A stretch of DNA of 64,000 nucleotides. It comes from Alistipes sp. Its GTDB lineage: Bacteria > Bacteroidota > Bacteroidia > Bacteroidales > Rikenellaceae. This document shows, in pieces, positions 49,385-59,537 of the stretch (positions are counted from its first letter, which is position 1; every line of letters starts with the position of its first letter). A model generated the notes under the pieces. The model saw nothing but the letters and a program-made list of their open reading frames with translations, was not told where the DNA came from and made no database searches. The position numbers were made by a program, and so were the translations under genes. The DNA lies in NCBI GenBank assembly GCA_045633445.1, contig JAZQYI010000003.1, positions 63,733 to 127,732 on the forward strand, read 5' to 3'.

Positions 49385-51085
49385 ATGTTAGAACAGAATT
49401 TAATTAAGATGTATGAGCAGTCATTCCGCAACAATCGCGAGATGAGTGCAGTGACTGACTACTTTACTGGCGAGACATATTCGTACTACGGTTTTGCCAA
49501 GGAGATTGCAAAGCTCCACATCATGTTTGACGAGGCCGGCATCAAGCCAAAGGATAAGATTTCTCTCGTAGGTCGTAACACTCCTCGTTGGTGCGTTGTA
49601 TATATTGCAACAATCACATATGGTGCAGTAATTGTTCCTATCCTTCAGGACTTTACTTCAAACGACATCACCCACATTGTAAACCACTCTGAGAGCCGTC
49701 TGCTCTTCTTGACAGACTCTTATTGGGATGGCCTTGACGAGGAGCAGATGCCAAATGTAGAGGCTGTAATGTCACTTACAGACTACCACGTAATCTTTGA
49801 GCGCGGCGGTGACAAGATGACTCGCTGCATCAACCAGATGACAGAGAATTATCGCAAGCGCTATCCAAAGGGATTTACTGCTGACGATATTAAGTATGCC
49901 GACGTACCTAACGACCAGCTTATTCTGCTCAACTACACCTCTGGTACCACTGGTTACTCAAAGGGTGTAATGCTGACAGTAAACAACCTGACAGGTAACG
50001 TTTATTGGATTTCGCAGATTGCTGATAAGAAGGGCGAAAACTTCTTCCACAAGGGCGCAAGAACCCTCGCATTCCTGCCACTTGCACACGCATTTGGTTG
50101 TACAGTAGACTTCCTTACTCCGCTGGCAGTAGGTGGACACATCAACCTGCTTGGCCGTATCCCAACACCTAAGATTTTGGTGAGCGCAATACAGAAGGTG
50201 CAGCCAGAGGTTATCTGCGCCGTGCCAATGATTTTGGAGAAGGTATACCGCAAGCAGATTATGCCACTGCTCGAGCAGGGCCCACTCAGTATTGCAATGA
50301 AGTTGCCACTTGTAAACGAGGTGGTATTTGCACAGATTAAGAAGAAGTTGCTTGAGTCATTTGGTGGTAACCTCCGACTCTTCGTGATTGGTGGCGCTCC
50401 AATGAACAAGGAGACTGAGGCATTCTTGATGAAGATCCACTTCCCATTCACCGTAGGTTACGGCATGACCGAGTGCGGTCCACTCATCTCTGTTACAGAG
50501 CACTTTGACGAGTTCAAGCCATCATCTTGCGGTCGCTACTTGAAGGGTATGCTCGATGTTCGCATCGACTCTTCTGACCCACAGCGCATCCCTGGTGAGA
50601 TTTTGGTTCGTGGTGAGCACGTAATGCTTGGTTACTACAAGAATGAGGAGGCGACAAAGAACGCTATCGACGCTGACGGTTGGCTCCACACTGGTGATAT
50701 GGGTACACTTGACCCAGATGGAACACTCTTTATCCGTGGCCGTTGCAAGACTATGATTCTTACAGGTAGCGGTCAGAACATCTACCCAGAGGAGATTGAG
50801 GATAAGCTCAACAATATGCCACTGGTACTCGAGTCACTCGTTCTCGAGAACGACGGCAAGCTCTACGGCCTTGTAGTGCCTGATTTCGAGACTTGCGAGA
50901 AGGAGGGTATCAGCCGTGCAGCTTTAGAGGAGATGATGAAGGAGAATTTGAAGAACCTCAACTCTCAGGTTGCAGCCTACGAGCGTTTGGTATCTATCAG
51001 TATCTACCCTTCTGAGTTCGAGAAGACTCCAAAGAAGAGTATCAAGCGTTACCTATACAACGTTTCGACGCTCGGAATAAACTAA
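49385..51085 (+). CDS. Long-chain fatty acid-CoA ligase (AMP-binding)
   Basis: YTSGTTGYSKGVML, GYGMTE, WLHTGD and GQNIYPEEIE motifs. Confidence 0.92.
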   Translation: MLEQNLIKMYEQSFRNNREMSAVTDYFTGETYSYYGFAKEIAKLHIMFDEAGIKPKDKISLVGRNTPRWCVVYIATITYGAVIVPILQDFTSNDITHIVNHSESRLLFLTDSYWDGLDEEQMPNVEAVMSLTDYHVIFERGGDKMTRCINQMTENYRKRYPKGFTADDIKYADVPNDQLILLNYTSGTTGYSKGVMLTVNNLTGNVYWISQIADKKGENFFHKGARTLAFLPLAHAFGCTVDFLTPLAVGGHINLLGRIPTPKILVSAIQKVQPEVICAVPMILEKVYRKQIMPLLEQGPLSIAMKLPLVNEVVFAQIKKKLLESFGGNLRLFVIGGAPMNKETEAFLMKIHFPFTVGYGMTECGPLISVTEHFDEFKPSSCGRYLKGMLDVRIDSSDPQRIPGEILVRGEHVMLGYYKNEEATKNAIDADGWLHTGDMGTLDPDGTLFIRGRCKTMILTGSGQNIYPEEIEDKLNNMPLVLESLVLENDGKLYGLVVPDFETCEKEGISRAALEEMMKENLKNLNSQVAAYERLVSISIYPSEFEKTPKKSIKRYLYNVSTLGIN

Positions 51086-51108
51086 GCCAAAGAGCTATTT
51101 TTACTAAC

Positions 51109-51132
51109 TAAGGGGTGGGCAACCACCCCTTA
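51109..51132. terminator. Hairpin after the acyl-CoA ligase gene
   Basis: TAAGGGGTGG-gcaa-CCACCCCTTA; T tract is weak. Confidence 0.6.
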
Positions 51133-51147
51133 CTCTTAAAGACCAAA

Positions 51148-52221
51148 ATGAAGTTCAAAACACCACTTATCCGAAAGCAGACCATTGGTGAGAATGTACT
51201 CTACACTCTTGTCTTTGTGGCGGTATATCTCATCCCCATCCTCAACTCATTTTTGATGGCGGAGGAGCATATTGACTTCTACAACAAGGTCTTTTTGGCG
51301 TGGAGTATCATCACTCCATACTTAGTACTATTCCTCTTTAACAACTACGTTCTTATACCGTTACTACTCAATCGAGGGAAGATACTGTGGTACGTAATCT
51401 CTGCTTTCTCAATAGTCACCCTAGCCTTTACATTTATCGAATTTATGGAGAGGGCGCACATTATCTCGGATGGTCAGGTGGATGTGGGTATTCTACCTCA
51501 TCAGGCAACACTTGCCGATCTGGCGTGGTATTGGAATATTGTGCTCTGCGTATTTATGTTTGCCGCCAATATCGGTATCAAGAAGTTCTACGAATCGATG
51601 CAGAAAGATGAGGATAATGCACGTCTGGCTCGTGAGGTTATAGAGGCAGAGATGTACTACCTTAAGTATCAGATAAATCCGCACTTTTTGATGAATACGC
51701 TCAACAATATTCACGCCCTTGTAGATATCGATGCTGATGCGGCAAAGGAGGGTATTGTAGAGCTCTCGAATATGATGCGCCACGTGGTATACGAGTCGAG
51801 AGCCGACCGCATACCATTCCTCAAGGATATGAAGTTCTTGGAAAACTATATCGAACTGATGAAGGTACGCTACTCGCAGCATATAGATATTCAGTTCAAC
51901 TATCCACAAGAGGCAAATCTGACCGTACCACCACTGGTATTTATCGTCTTTACAGAGAACGCCTTTAAGCACGGTATCTCTCGCAACAGAGCCTCATACA
52001 TCTATATAGATATATCATTAGAGGATGATATACTGGTGGCTAAATTTGAGAACTCTGCAAATCAGAGCACAAGAAATAGCAAGACTATAGGCGGCGTAGG
52101 ATTAGAGAATGTCTCTCGCCGATTAGAGTATATCTATGGCAAAAACTACTCGCTTGACATCAAATCCGACAAAGAGAAATATTGCGTAACACTCAAAATA
52201 CCAAAGAGTTATGAATCTTAG
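51148..52221 (+). CDS. LytS/YehU-type sensor histidine kinase
   Basis: Start set at MKFKTPLIRK; TM segments, LKYQINPHFLMNTLNNI, FTENAFKHG and GGVGLENV. Confidence 0.92.
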   Translation: MKFKTPLIRKQTIGENVLYTLVFVAVYLIPILNSFLMAEEHIDFYNKVFLAWSIITPYLVLFLFNNYVLIPLLLNRGKILWYVISAFSIVTLAFTFIEFMERAHIISDGQVDVGILPHQATLADLAWYWNIVLCVFMFAANIGIKKFYESMQKDEDNARLAREVIEAEMYYLKYQINPHFLMNTLNNIHALVDIDADAAKEGIVELSNMMRHVVYESRADRIPFLKDMKFLENYIELMKVRYSQHIDIQFNYPQEANLTVPPLVFIVFTENAFKHGISRNRASYIYIDISLEDDILVAKFENSANQSTRNSKTIGGVGLENVSRRLEYIYGKNYSLDIKSDKEKYCVTLKIPKSYES

Positions 52222-52954
52222 TTGTATTGTTATTGACGATGAGCCACTTGCAGTAAGGCAGATGGAGAGCTACATTGCAAGGATACCATTTTTAACACAT
52301 CTCAAGAGCTTTGACAACGCCGTAGATGCCCGTCAGTGGCTCGGCGAGGCGAATAGTGTCGATGTAATATTTGTCGATATAAATATGCCTGAGCTAACGG
52401 GTGTAGATTTTGTGCGTGGGTTAGAAAATCACCACCTGGTAATCTTCACCACAGCCTACTCTGAGTATGCTGTAGAGGGTTTTAAGCTCGATGCTATAGA
52501 CTATCTGCTCAAGCCATTTAACTTTGCAACTTTTGAGCGCGCGGCAAATAAGGCACACTCTGTAGCAGAGCTCCTTGCGCTGCGTAACGAGGCAAATGCA
52601 GAGCAGAATATACCAATCAGCGAACAGAGTGCCGACCGCGAGTGTATCAGCATTCGTGCTGACCACAAGACAACACTTGTGCGCTACTCAAATATTATAT
52701 ATTTGGAGAGTGCTGGCGAGTATATCCGACTCCATCTTGCTGACGGTACAAAGTTAGTGACCCTCTTCCGTATGAAGAATATGGAGACTGAGCTACCTGC
52801 AGAGCGTTTTATACGAGTTCATCGCTCGTTTATAGTCAATACTGAGCATATTACAGGTTATACAAAGGGCCGAGTATTCCTCACTGGCGAGGAGTATGTC
52901 CCTATTGGTGATAATTACAAGGAAACATTTACCGCAATAGTTGATAAGTTATGA
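52211..52954 (+). CDS. LytTR-family response regulator
   Basis: IDDEP, FVDINMP (phospho-acceptor Asp), DYLLKP and FIRVHRSFIVN. Confidence 0.94.
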   Translation: MNLSCIVIDDEPLAVRQMESYIARIPFLTHLKSFDNAVDARQWLGEANSVDVIFVDINMPELTGVDFVRGLENHHLVIFTTAYSEYAVEGFKLDAIDYLLKPFNFATFERAANKAHSVAELLALRNEANAEQNIPISEQSADRECISIRADHKTTLVRYSNIIYLESAGEYIRLHLADGTKLVTLFRMKNMETELPAERFIRVHRSFIVNTEHITGYTKGRVFLTGEEYVPIGDNYKETFTAIVDKL

Positions 52955-54342
52955 GAAGACTCCTTACACTACTAACCATATTTGTTGCCCTTATTTTGGG
53001 TGGCTGCAACAGCAACTGCGACTACAAAATAGTCGATGGTACGATTGTCTACAACACTCCAGAGCGCGCTGCAGGTCAGCAAGATATGCTCGGTTTTGCA
53101 GCAGAGCCTATAGAGACTGTACGTGTCGGATTTATCGGACTGGGTATGCGTGGTCCGGGTGCAGTAAGACGTTGGTGTCAAATTGAGGGTACAGAGATTG
53201 TCGCACTATGTGACATAAATCCCGAGGGTATAGCCAAGAGTCAGAAGTATATAGCCGATGCAGGTCGCACACCCGCTGTCGAGTACTGCGGAACAGAGGA
53301 TTGTTGGAGGCAGCTCTGCGAGCGCGACGATATAGACTTGGTCTATATTATGACCGACTGGAAGAACCACGCACCTATGGCGCTCTATGCTATGGAGTGT
53401 GGCAAGCACGTAGCTATTGAGGTTCCAGCAGCGATGACTATGGCAGAGATTTGGGCACTTATCGAGACCTCTGAGCGCACACGCAAGCACTGCATTCAAC
53501 TCGAGAATTGCGTCTACGACCGTTTTGAGATGACTGCACTCAATATGGCACAGCAGGGTCTATTTGGCGAAATTCTCCACGTCGAGGGTGCATATGTTCA
53601 CTGTCTATCCGAGTTCTGGGATCGCTACTACAACAATTGGCGACTCGACTTTAACCGCGAAAATGCGGGCGATGTCTACCCTACTCACGGTATCGGCCCT
53701 GTATGTCAAGTTCTTAACATCCATCGTGGCGACCGCATGAAGAGCCTTGTAGCAATGAGTACAAAGGCCGTTTCAGGCGCAAAATACTGGGAGAAGATGT
53801 TTGGAGAGCCTTGCGGTGAGTTTGCCAATGGCGACCAGACCACAACCCTTATCAGCACAGAGAATGGCAAGGTTATTCAGCTTCACCACAATGTAATGAC
53901 ACCACGTCCATACTCGCGTGACTATGCCCTTGTCGGCACTACTGGTTATGCGGCAAAGTACCCCGTGCAGTCATTCCTGCTCGGTGAGCATACCGTGGGT
54001 GATGTAGATATCGAAAACCTCAACAGCCACCGCTGCGTATCAGACGATGTTCGCAAGCAGCTTATGGAGCGTTACAAGCACCCCGTAACAGCCCACACCG
54101 AGGCTATGGCGGCAAAGGTTGGCGGACACGGCGGTATGGACTATATTATGGACTACCGATTGGTATACTGTCTGCAGAATGGTCTGCCACTCGATATGGA
54201 TGTCTACGACCTTGCAGAGTGGTGTTGTCCGATAGAGCTGAGTGCACTATCTATCAAGCACGGCTCGCTTCCTGTAGCCGTTCCGGACTTTACTCGTGGC
54301 GGGTGGAAGAAGATTGACGGATATCGTCACGCTTGGAAATAG
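52951..54342 (+). CDS. GH109-type NAD-dependent alpha-N-acetylgalactosaminidase (Gfo/Idh/MocA fold) lipoprotein
   Basis: Lipobox LGGC; VGFIGLGMRG, GKHVAIEVP, LENCVY, YPTHG and GGHGGMD motifs. Confidence 0.85.
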   Translation: MRRLLTLLTIFVALILGGCNSNCDYKIVDGTIVYNTPERAAGQQDMLGFAAEPIETVRVGFIGLGMRGPGAVRRWCQIEGTEIVALCDINPEGIAKSQKYIADAGRTPAVEYCGTEDCWRQLCERDDIDLVYIMTDWKNHAPMALYAMECGKHVAIEVPAAMTMAEIWALIETSERTRKHCIQLENCVYDRFEMTALNMAQQGLFGEILHVEGAYVHCLSEFWDRYYNNWRLDFNRENAGDVYPTHGIGPVCQVLNIHRGDRMKSLVAMSTKAVSGAKYWEKMFGEPCGEFANGDQTTTLISTENGKVIQLHHNVMTPRPYSRDYALVGTTGYAAKYPVQSFLLGEHTVGDVDIENLNSHRCVSDDVRKQLMERYKHPVTAHTEAMAAKVGGHGGMDYIMDYRLVYCLQNGLPLDMDVYDLAEWCCPIELSALSIKHGSLPVAVPDFTRGGWKKIDGYRHAWK

Positions 54343-54344
54343 CC

Positions 54345-54794
54345 TTAATAGGCGACCTTCGGGAATTGCGACAGACGGCGATATCCCTCGGCTGTAAGTT
54401 CGGCGCAGAGGTGTTTATGACCGTTTGTTAGAATGATATAACGAGCCTTAAGCACCGCATTGTAGCGCACCGCTTGGCTCCACACCTGCTCGGTAATATT
54501 TACCTCAGGAGCCTTACACTCAACAAGAATTACGGGCGCGAGGTCACGGTCAACCACCACAATATCGGCACGCTGAGCCGTACCGTTAAGGCTTACTGGA
54601 TACTCCTGCGCAATGGATTGTGGCTGCACTCCACAGTGAGAGATTAGAAAGGCTATAGCGTGTCTTCTGACCCTCTCCTCGGGCGTAAGGAGTAGATACT
54701 TTCCGCGCAGAAAATCCCATACGAAAGTTTGACCATCAACCGTTTTTAGATTGAGGTCTATGGCAGGAAAGTTGATTTGAGGAGTTTTTGACAT
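54345..54794 (-). CDS. Stand-alone HsdR N-terminal domain protein (PD-(D/E)xK-like)
   Basis: Start set at MSKTPQINFP; LTPEERVR, RADIVV, LVECKAP, QAVRYN and LTNG motifs. Confidence 0.85.
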   Translation of the reverse strand: MSKTPQINFPAIDLNLKTVDGQTFVWDFLRGKYLLLTPEERVRRHAIAFLISHCGVQPQSIAQEYPVSLNGTAQRADIVVVDRDLAPVILVECKAPEVNITEQVWSQAVRYNAVLKARYIILTNGHKHLCAELTAEGYRRLSQFPKVAY

Positions 54795-54845
54795 CGCATT
54801 TTGCAAAGAAGTTATTACCTTTGCAGTTGCAAAGATATACATTTT

Positions 54846-56144
54846 ATGAAGATTATCCTACACATACTCGCTATATTTGCTGCAGGAGCGCTCAGTGCAC
54901 AGAGCCTTGCAGAGCCATTTTTCGGTGCCGAGCCTGCGCGTAGCACTACCACCCCCTATGGTAGAGCCGTAGATGCCAAGAGCGGCAATCCTGCACAGTC
55001 AAACTATGTCGCAAAACTCGCCGAGTGGGTCATCTCCGAGGATGGCCGCGAGTGCAGCAGCTCTTTTGCAGTACCCGTATGGTGGCTCAACCGTCAGGTA
55101 TTTGTCCGCGTGGGTAGTTCTACATCCTCTTATCAGGTGCTTGTAGACGATAAGGTAGTCGGTGCTGCCGCCTCTGGTGCCACACCCGTTGAGTTCAACA
55201 TCACAAAGCTCGCCAAGGAGGGTCGCCATACACTCAAGGTACGACAGACCGAGTGCGAGCAGAATAGTGTTAACGCCCTTGTTCGTGCAGGTGTTAAGCC
55301 TCAGATTAGCGATGTTCAGGTTATCTGCCAGCCGGCAATATATGTGCGTGACATCCTCTGCTCAACCACCATCAACAATCGTGGCGAGGGCGTTGCGGAG
55401 TTTGGACTTGTCGTAAAGTGCGGAACTCTCAACCCAAAGCGTGCTCGCATCGGCTATATCCTCAACCTCAACGACACAACCGTGCTCAGTCGCGGATATA
55501 AAGATGTGGCACTCGATATGCGCCGTGAGGATACTATCCGTTTTATGGCTATCGTACCACAGAATAGTCTTTGGAGTATCAAGAATCCACACTCACCGAC
55601 CCTCGACATCGAGAGCCGTATCGACAACCGTCCTGTGGAGTGTATTCGCCAAAAGGTGGGTGTCCGTGCAGCAGATATTGCTGATGGCAAGTTCTATCTC
55701 AACTACCAGCCTCTCGACCTAAAGCTCAAGAACTACGAGCCATCGCAACCCGTCACCGAGCAGGTTACAGCGGAGAATAATGGTCTGGTTATTCCAGTCT
55801 ACTACGCCACCGAGCAGTTGTTAGAGCAGTGTGATAAGGCAGGAATTCTCGTCTTTATCCAGAGCGACGTCAATACGCTAACACTGGCCGAGAGTATCCG
55901 CCGTGGAGAAAATCCGAGCAACGATCCATTCTGGCTCGAAACCTACCTCACCTTTAACCGCGTCGCATACTACACCACACACCTCCATCCGTGCGTTGTC
56001 GGATATGCTATTGCTGCAGGAAAAACCAACGGAATTAACATCTACGAGAGCTATCTGCTACTCAAAAAGATAGAAAAACGCCTGCCAATCATCTATGAAG
56101 GTGCTGGCGGCGAGTGGTGCAGCGATGAAATTAAGATTAGATAA
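54846..56144 (+). CDS. Truncated GH2 (beta-galactosidase-like) homologue, probably non-catalytic
   Basis: Start set at MKIILHIL; GH2-like segments QVFVRVG..SSYQVLV, LWSIKNP and HPCVVGY...PIIYEG; ends before the expected nucleophile position. Confidence 0.65.
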   Translation: MKIILHILAIFAAGALSAQSLAEPFFGAEPARSTTTPYGRAVDAKSGNPAQSNYVAKLAEWVISEDGRECSSSFAVPVWWLNRQVFVRVGSSTSSYQVLVDDKVVGAAASGATPVEFNITKLAKEGRHTLKVRQTECEQNSVNALVRAGVKPQISDVQVICQPAIYVRDILCSTTINNRGEGVAEFGLVVKCGTLNPKRARIGYILNLNDTTVLSRGYKDVALDMRREDTIRFMAIVPQNSLWSIKNPHSPTLDIESRIDNRPVECIRQKVGVRAADIADGKFYLNYQPLDLKLKNYEPSQPVTEQVTAENNGLVIPVYYATEQLLEQCDKAGILVFIQSDVNTLTLAESIRRGENPSNDPFWLETYLTFNRVAYYTTHLHPCVVGYAIAAGKTNGINIYESYLLLKKIEKRLPIIYEGAGGEWCSDEIKIR

Positions 56145-56193
56145 ATCGCTGATTTACTGCAAGTTGAAAAAGTAACGCAAATTTTTATTAAAA

Positions 56194-56250
56194 TTTTTCA
56201 CAAAAAAGTTTGCACAGAAGATTTTTTTGCCCTATCTTTGCACTCGCAAT
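56194..56250 (+). promoter_or_regulatory. Stable-RNA promoter of tRNA-Lys
   Basis: TTTTTCACAAAAAAGTTTGCA, 20-nt spacer after TTTG, then TATCTTTGCACTCGCAAT; matches the tRNA-Pro promoter. Confidence 0.85.
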
Positions 56251-56274
56251 CAGGGATTAAAACTGATATGTAAT

Positions 56275-56347
56275 GCCTCTTTAGCTCAGTTGGTAGAGCA
56301 CGACACTCTTAATGTTGGGGTCCAGGGTTCGAGCCCCTGAGGGGGTA
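56275..56347 (+). tRNA. tRNA-Lys (CTT)
   Basis: D arm GCTC-AGTTGGTA-GAGC, anticodon arm CGACA-CTCTTAA-TGTTG, T arm CAGGG-TTCGAGC-CCCTG. Confidence 0.93.
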
Positions 56348-56349
56348 CG

Positions 56350-56381
56350 AAAAAGGAAGATCGAAAGGTCTTCCTTTTTTC
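56350..56381 (+). terminator. Terminator after tRNA-Lys
   Basis: AAAAAGGAAGATC-gaaa-GGTCTTCCTTTTTT. Confidence 0.87.
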
Positions 56382-56400
56382 GTACCAGTGTGTTACCTAT

Positions 56401-56512
56401 CCCCCAAACCCCCTTTCTGTAAAGGGGGCTTTATTTGTCGGTTATGGTACCCTTTCAACCCTCAGGGAGCGAGAGCCCTGACTACGCCTCCCTTCCAGGG
56501 AGGTTGGGATGG
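56401..56512. repeat. Pair of C-rich REP-like hairpins in opposite orientation
   Basis: CCCCCAAACCCCCTTTCTGTAAAGGGGGCTTT and CCTCCCTTCCAGGGAGGTTGGGATGG (reverse complement CCATCCCAACCTCCCTGGAAGGGAGG). Confidence 0.6.
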
Positions 56513-56531
56513 TGTAAACTACTGGGCAAAA

Positions 56532-56563
56532 AACAAACCCCGAGAAATTTCTCGGGGTTTGTT
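56532..56563 (-). terminator. Terminator of the outer-membrane protein gene
   Basis: AACAAACCCCGAGAA...TCTCGGGGTTTGTT inverted repeat with an A tract on its left. Confidence 0.85.
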
Positions 56564-56564
56564 A

Positions 56565-59444
56565 TTAGAATCGGAGGCTATTTAGGGTGCGTTCGATTTT
56601 GTCGAAGAAGTTGGTTGGAACGCCTGACGATTTGGCAATCTTAAGTTGTTTGGTGCCTGGGGTGAAGGCGCGGATGTTGTAGGTAAACTTAACCAGGAAG
56701 CAGCGGCCCATAGTGCTATTATATCGCACCTGGGAGTAGCCGGCCCACACGCTACGAGCGAAAGATGTATTCTGGTTAAGCAGATCGTTTACGCACAGCT
56801 CGACCTCGCCCAGATTTCTGAGCACCTTCTTACCGACAGCCGCATTCCAGAGCATAAATGAGTCGTTATAGCCATTTGTAATGCCTACATACTGCGTATA
56901 GACGCCCGAGGTGGTAAGAGTAAAGCCCAGAGGCAGAACGGCCTTAAAATTAGCTGTAGCGCGGTGGCTGAGGAACTGGTTATTCAGAACGGCTCTACCT
57001 GCCTTATTATCGCTATAGGAGAGGTTATATCTGATAGTAAAATCGATATTCTCCGAGATATTACTACCCAAAGTCCAATCTGTAGAGACTGTAAGATTAT
57101 TCATCAACTCGTCGTTACCATTGAGTCTGATTGGCACATCCGAGTATGTTGCACCCAGAGAGATATTGAGGTTTGAGCTGATAAAAGTGAGCGGGAAGCC
57201 AATACTTGTGCGTGCCTCAAAGGAGCGATAGCCATCGAGGTTTACAGGCTGTGAGAGTTGCAGCGGATTGTACTTCTTGCCATCTATCTCAATTGTCTCT
57301 GGCGAGTAGTGGATGCTTGTACCGATATAATCTGGTCTAAGCATAGCCTTTGCCATAACCATAAAGGTAGTGCCATAGCGCTGTGAGATATTGGTATAAC
57401 GGGCAAAGTAGTTATGCTCGGTATATGGTCGCAGATCTGGATTACCGATGGATATATACTGAGAGTTGCTCACATCGTATATATCGAGCATCTGCCACAG
57501 CGACGGAGCCTTAACCTCCGAGGTAGCGCTCACACGCAGCGTATTACTGCTATCAAATGCCCACTGCAGTGTTGCGTTATAGACTGGTGTATGATATACG
57601 CGTTTTGTACGCTCCCCCGTCCACATATTATGGTTTGAGAGTTGTGAATTTTGGTACATCGCGCTAACAGAGAACCAATTCCTATTTCGGCCATAGCGAT
57701 AGCCCATACCGGCCTGGTGATAGAGGAACATACCCTCAAATGAGGAGGATGAGCGACTATTGAGCTTTGCAGGGTCGATAATATAGTCCGACCCTGTAGT
57801 GTACGACATCAGGTCACGACTACGCAGCTGCGCCTGCAGACGGTATGTAAGGTTGATAGTCGAATGGCGGCCTATTTTATCCCTATAGGTCGGCTGAATA
57901 CGGAAGGTGCGTGTACTGGACTCCTGCTGCTTGCGGGAGTATGTATAGGCGATTGTAGCCTTATCAGGGCTGACCTTGCTTGTCTTACCAGAGCCATTGG
58001 AGTAGTAGTCTCTATCTGTAGTCTGATCGTTATTGTTCACACTTGCAACGAGCAGTAAACTACGGCCTTGGCGCAGAAAACGGTAAGAGTACTGCGCATA
58101 CAGACCCTGCGAGAAGCTACGGCTCCAACCGTCATTACCACTCGGCATCCAGCGATATCCCGACTCTCCCCAGCGCAGAGAGGTGGTATCGGTGCGATTA
58201 ATCGAACTGCTTGGGTAGTAGTTGAGGGTCGGAATAAGCACCAACTTCTGTCGCTTACCTGTCTTCCACTCTAATCGTCCGCGGAACTTAAGGGTGTGGT
58301 TATTTGGATTGGCAAATTGGTCGTAGTGTATCGTATCCTTCTTGCTCACCGCTGCATCGTACCATCTATCAACAGTAAACTGATTCTTGGCATTCAGATG
58401 GTTATAGAAGAGGCTACCCTCAAACTTTGCTCGGCGGCGACGACCCCAACGGTCAGTATAGTTGACGGCAATAATCTCGGCCGAAGCCACGCCATTCTGA
58501 TTATTTACCGAGAATTGACGCGAGCCGCTACTGCTATTTGAACTGCTACGGATGGTCATATCATCATCCGAGAGATTCTGCTTATTAAGGTTATTTACAA
58601 GCGCCATAACAGTCAGTCGGGCATCGTCATTGAAGATGTTTACCGAGCCGCCTGCCGTATACTTATGGTTCATCGTCACTACCCTATTTGCGCCAGGCTC
58701 GTAACCATAACCAGCGTGGACCTTACCAAAGCAGCTACGCTTGATACTTCGGCGGGTAATGATATTGATAACCTTACCACCCTCGCCATCATCTACGCCC
58801 GTAACTTGAGCCGCCTCACTAAGGCGATTATAGACCTCGATATGCTCTACAGCCTGCGCGGGGATACTCTGCAGCACCTGCGCGATATTTGAGCCGAAGA
58901 ACTCATTACCATCGACATATATCTGCTTCACCTCCTCGCCGTGTGCCTCAATCTTACCATCGGTAATGGTTATACCCGGCATCTTTCGCAGCAGCGCCTC
59001 AACCTCAGCATCGGCAGCAACCTTAAAGGCGTCAGCATTGTAGCGAAGAGTATCTCCCATAATAGTTGTGCGTGTCGAAACCGCCGTCTTTACGACCGTT
59101 TCGATACCTATTGCACTGACATCGACATAGATAGTTCCGACATTAATTGGCAGACCTGTCGCCCTAAAAGAGAAGTTTTTGTCCGCATAGCCGATAAAGG
59201 TCACAAGGCAGTCATACTCACCCTGCGCGACATTCGGAATACGGAAATAGCCACCATACTCGGTTGTATAGTAGCGCTTTTGACTTGGTGTTTTCTTATT
59301 CGCCACCTCGATTACCGCACCTGCAATACCCTCCTGTGTATCTGTGCTCACAACGCGGCCAGAGACGGGCGCAGCGCTCTGTGCCGCCACAACTGCGTGG
59401 GCAACAAGCGCAATGAGAAGGGTTAGAAGAGTGCGTATTCTCAT
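56565..59444 (-). CDS. TonB-dependent-receptor-like outer-membrane beta-barrel protein
   Basis: Signal peptide, carboxypeptidase-regulatory-like domain, GDTLRYNADAF..EALLRKMPGI plug-like region; ends in Phe. Confidence 0.87.
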   Translation of the reverse strand: MRIRTLLTLLIALVAHAVVAAQSAAPVSGRVVSTDTQEGIAGAVIEVANKKTPSQKRYYTTEYGGYFRIPNVAQGEYDCLVTFIGYADKNFSFRATGLPINVGTIYVDVSAIGIETVVKTAVSTRTTIMGDTLRYNADAFKVAADAEVEALLRKMPGITITDGKIEAHGEEVKQIYVDGNEFFGSNIAQVLQSIPAQAVEHIEVYNRLSEAAQVTGVDDGEGGKVINIITRRSIKRSCFGKVHAGYGYEPGANRVVTMNHKYTAGGSVNIFNDDARLTVMALVNNLNKQNLSDDDMTIRSSSNSSSGSRQFSVNNQNGVASAEIIAVNYTDRWGRRRRAKFEGSLFYNHLNAKNQFTVDRWYDAAVSKKDTIHYDQFANPNNHTLKFRGRLEWKTGKRQKLVLIPTLNYYPSSSINRTDTTSLRWGESGYRWMPSGNDGWSRSFSQGLYAQYSYRFLRQGRSLLLVASVNNNDQTTDRDYYSNGSGKTSKVSPDKATIAYTYSRKQQESSTRTFRIQPTYRDKIGRHSTINLTYRLQAQLRSRDLMSYTTGSDYIIDPAKLNSRSSSSFEGMFLYHQAGMGYRYGRNRNWFSVSAMYQNSQLSNHNMWTGERTKRVYHTPVYNATLQWAFDSSNTLRVSATSEVKAPSLWQMLDIYDVSNSQYISIGNPDLRPYTEHNYFARYTNISQRYGTTFMVMAKAMLRPDYIGTSIHYSPETIEIDGKKYNPLQLSQPVNLDGYRSFEARTSIGFPLTFISSNLNISLGATYSDVPIRLNGNDELMNNLTVSTDWTLGSNISENIDFTIRYNLSYSDNKAGRAVLNNQFLSHRATANFKAVLPLGFTLTTSGVYTQYVGITNGYNDSFMLWNAAVGKKVLRNLGEVELCVNDLLNQNTSFARSVWAGYSQVRYNSTMGRCFLVKFTYNIRAFTPGTKQLKIAKSSGVPTNFFDKIERTLNSLRF

Positions 59445-59481
59445 ACTTATATTATATAGATAACCAAAGCGGCTATAGGTT

Positions 59482-59516
59482 AAAAGGGGCTGCCGTAAAT
59501 CTACAGCAACCCCTCT
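59482..59516 (-). terminator. Terminator after sdhB/frdB
   Basis: AAAAGGGGCTGCCGTA...TACAGCAACCCCT imperfect stem. Confidence 0.6.
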
Positions 59517-59537
59517 CTATAGATGTTAGCCAATAGA

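Noticed and set aside
54345-54794. Type I restriction-modification or defence system
   Set aside because: Only a stand-alone HsdR N-terminal domain is present, with no hsdM, hsdS or helicase portion nearby.
56275-56347. tRNA-Lys as a pseudo-tRNA because of three G-U pairs in the acceptor stem
   Set aside because: D, anticodon and T arms are canonical, and it has an intact promoter and terminator.
56434-56441. ATTTGTCG as a fifth element cluster
   Set aside because: Only 8 nt match the left arm, with no leader, inner box, apex or right arm.
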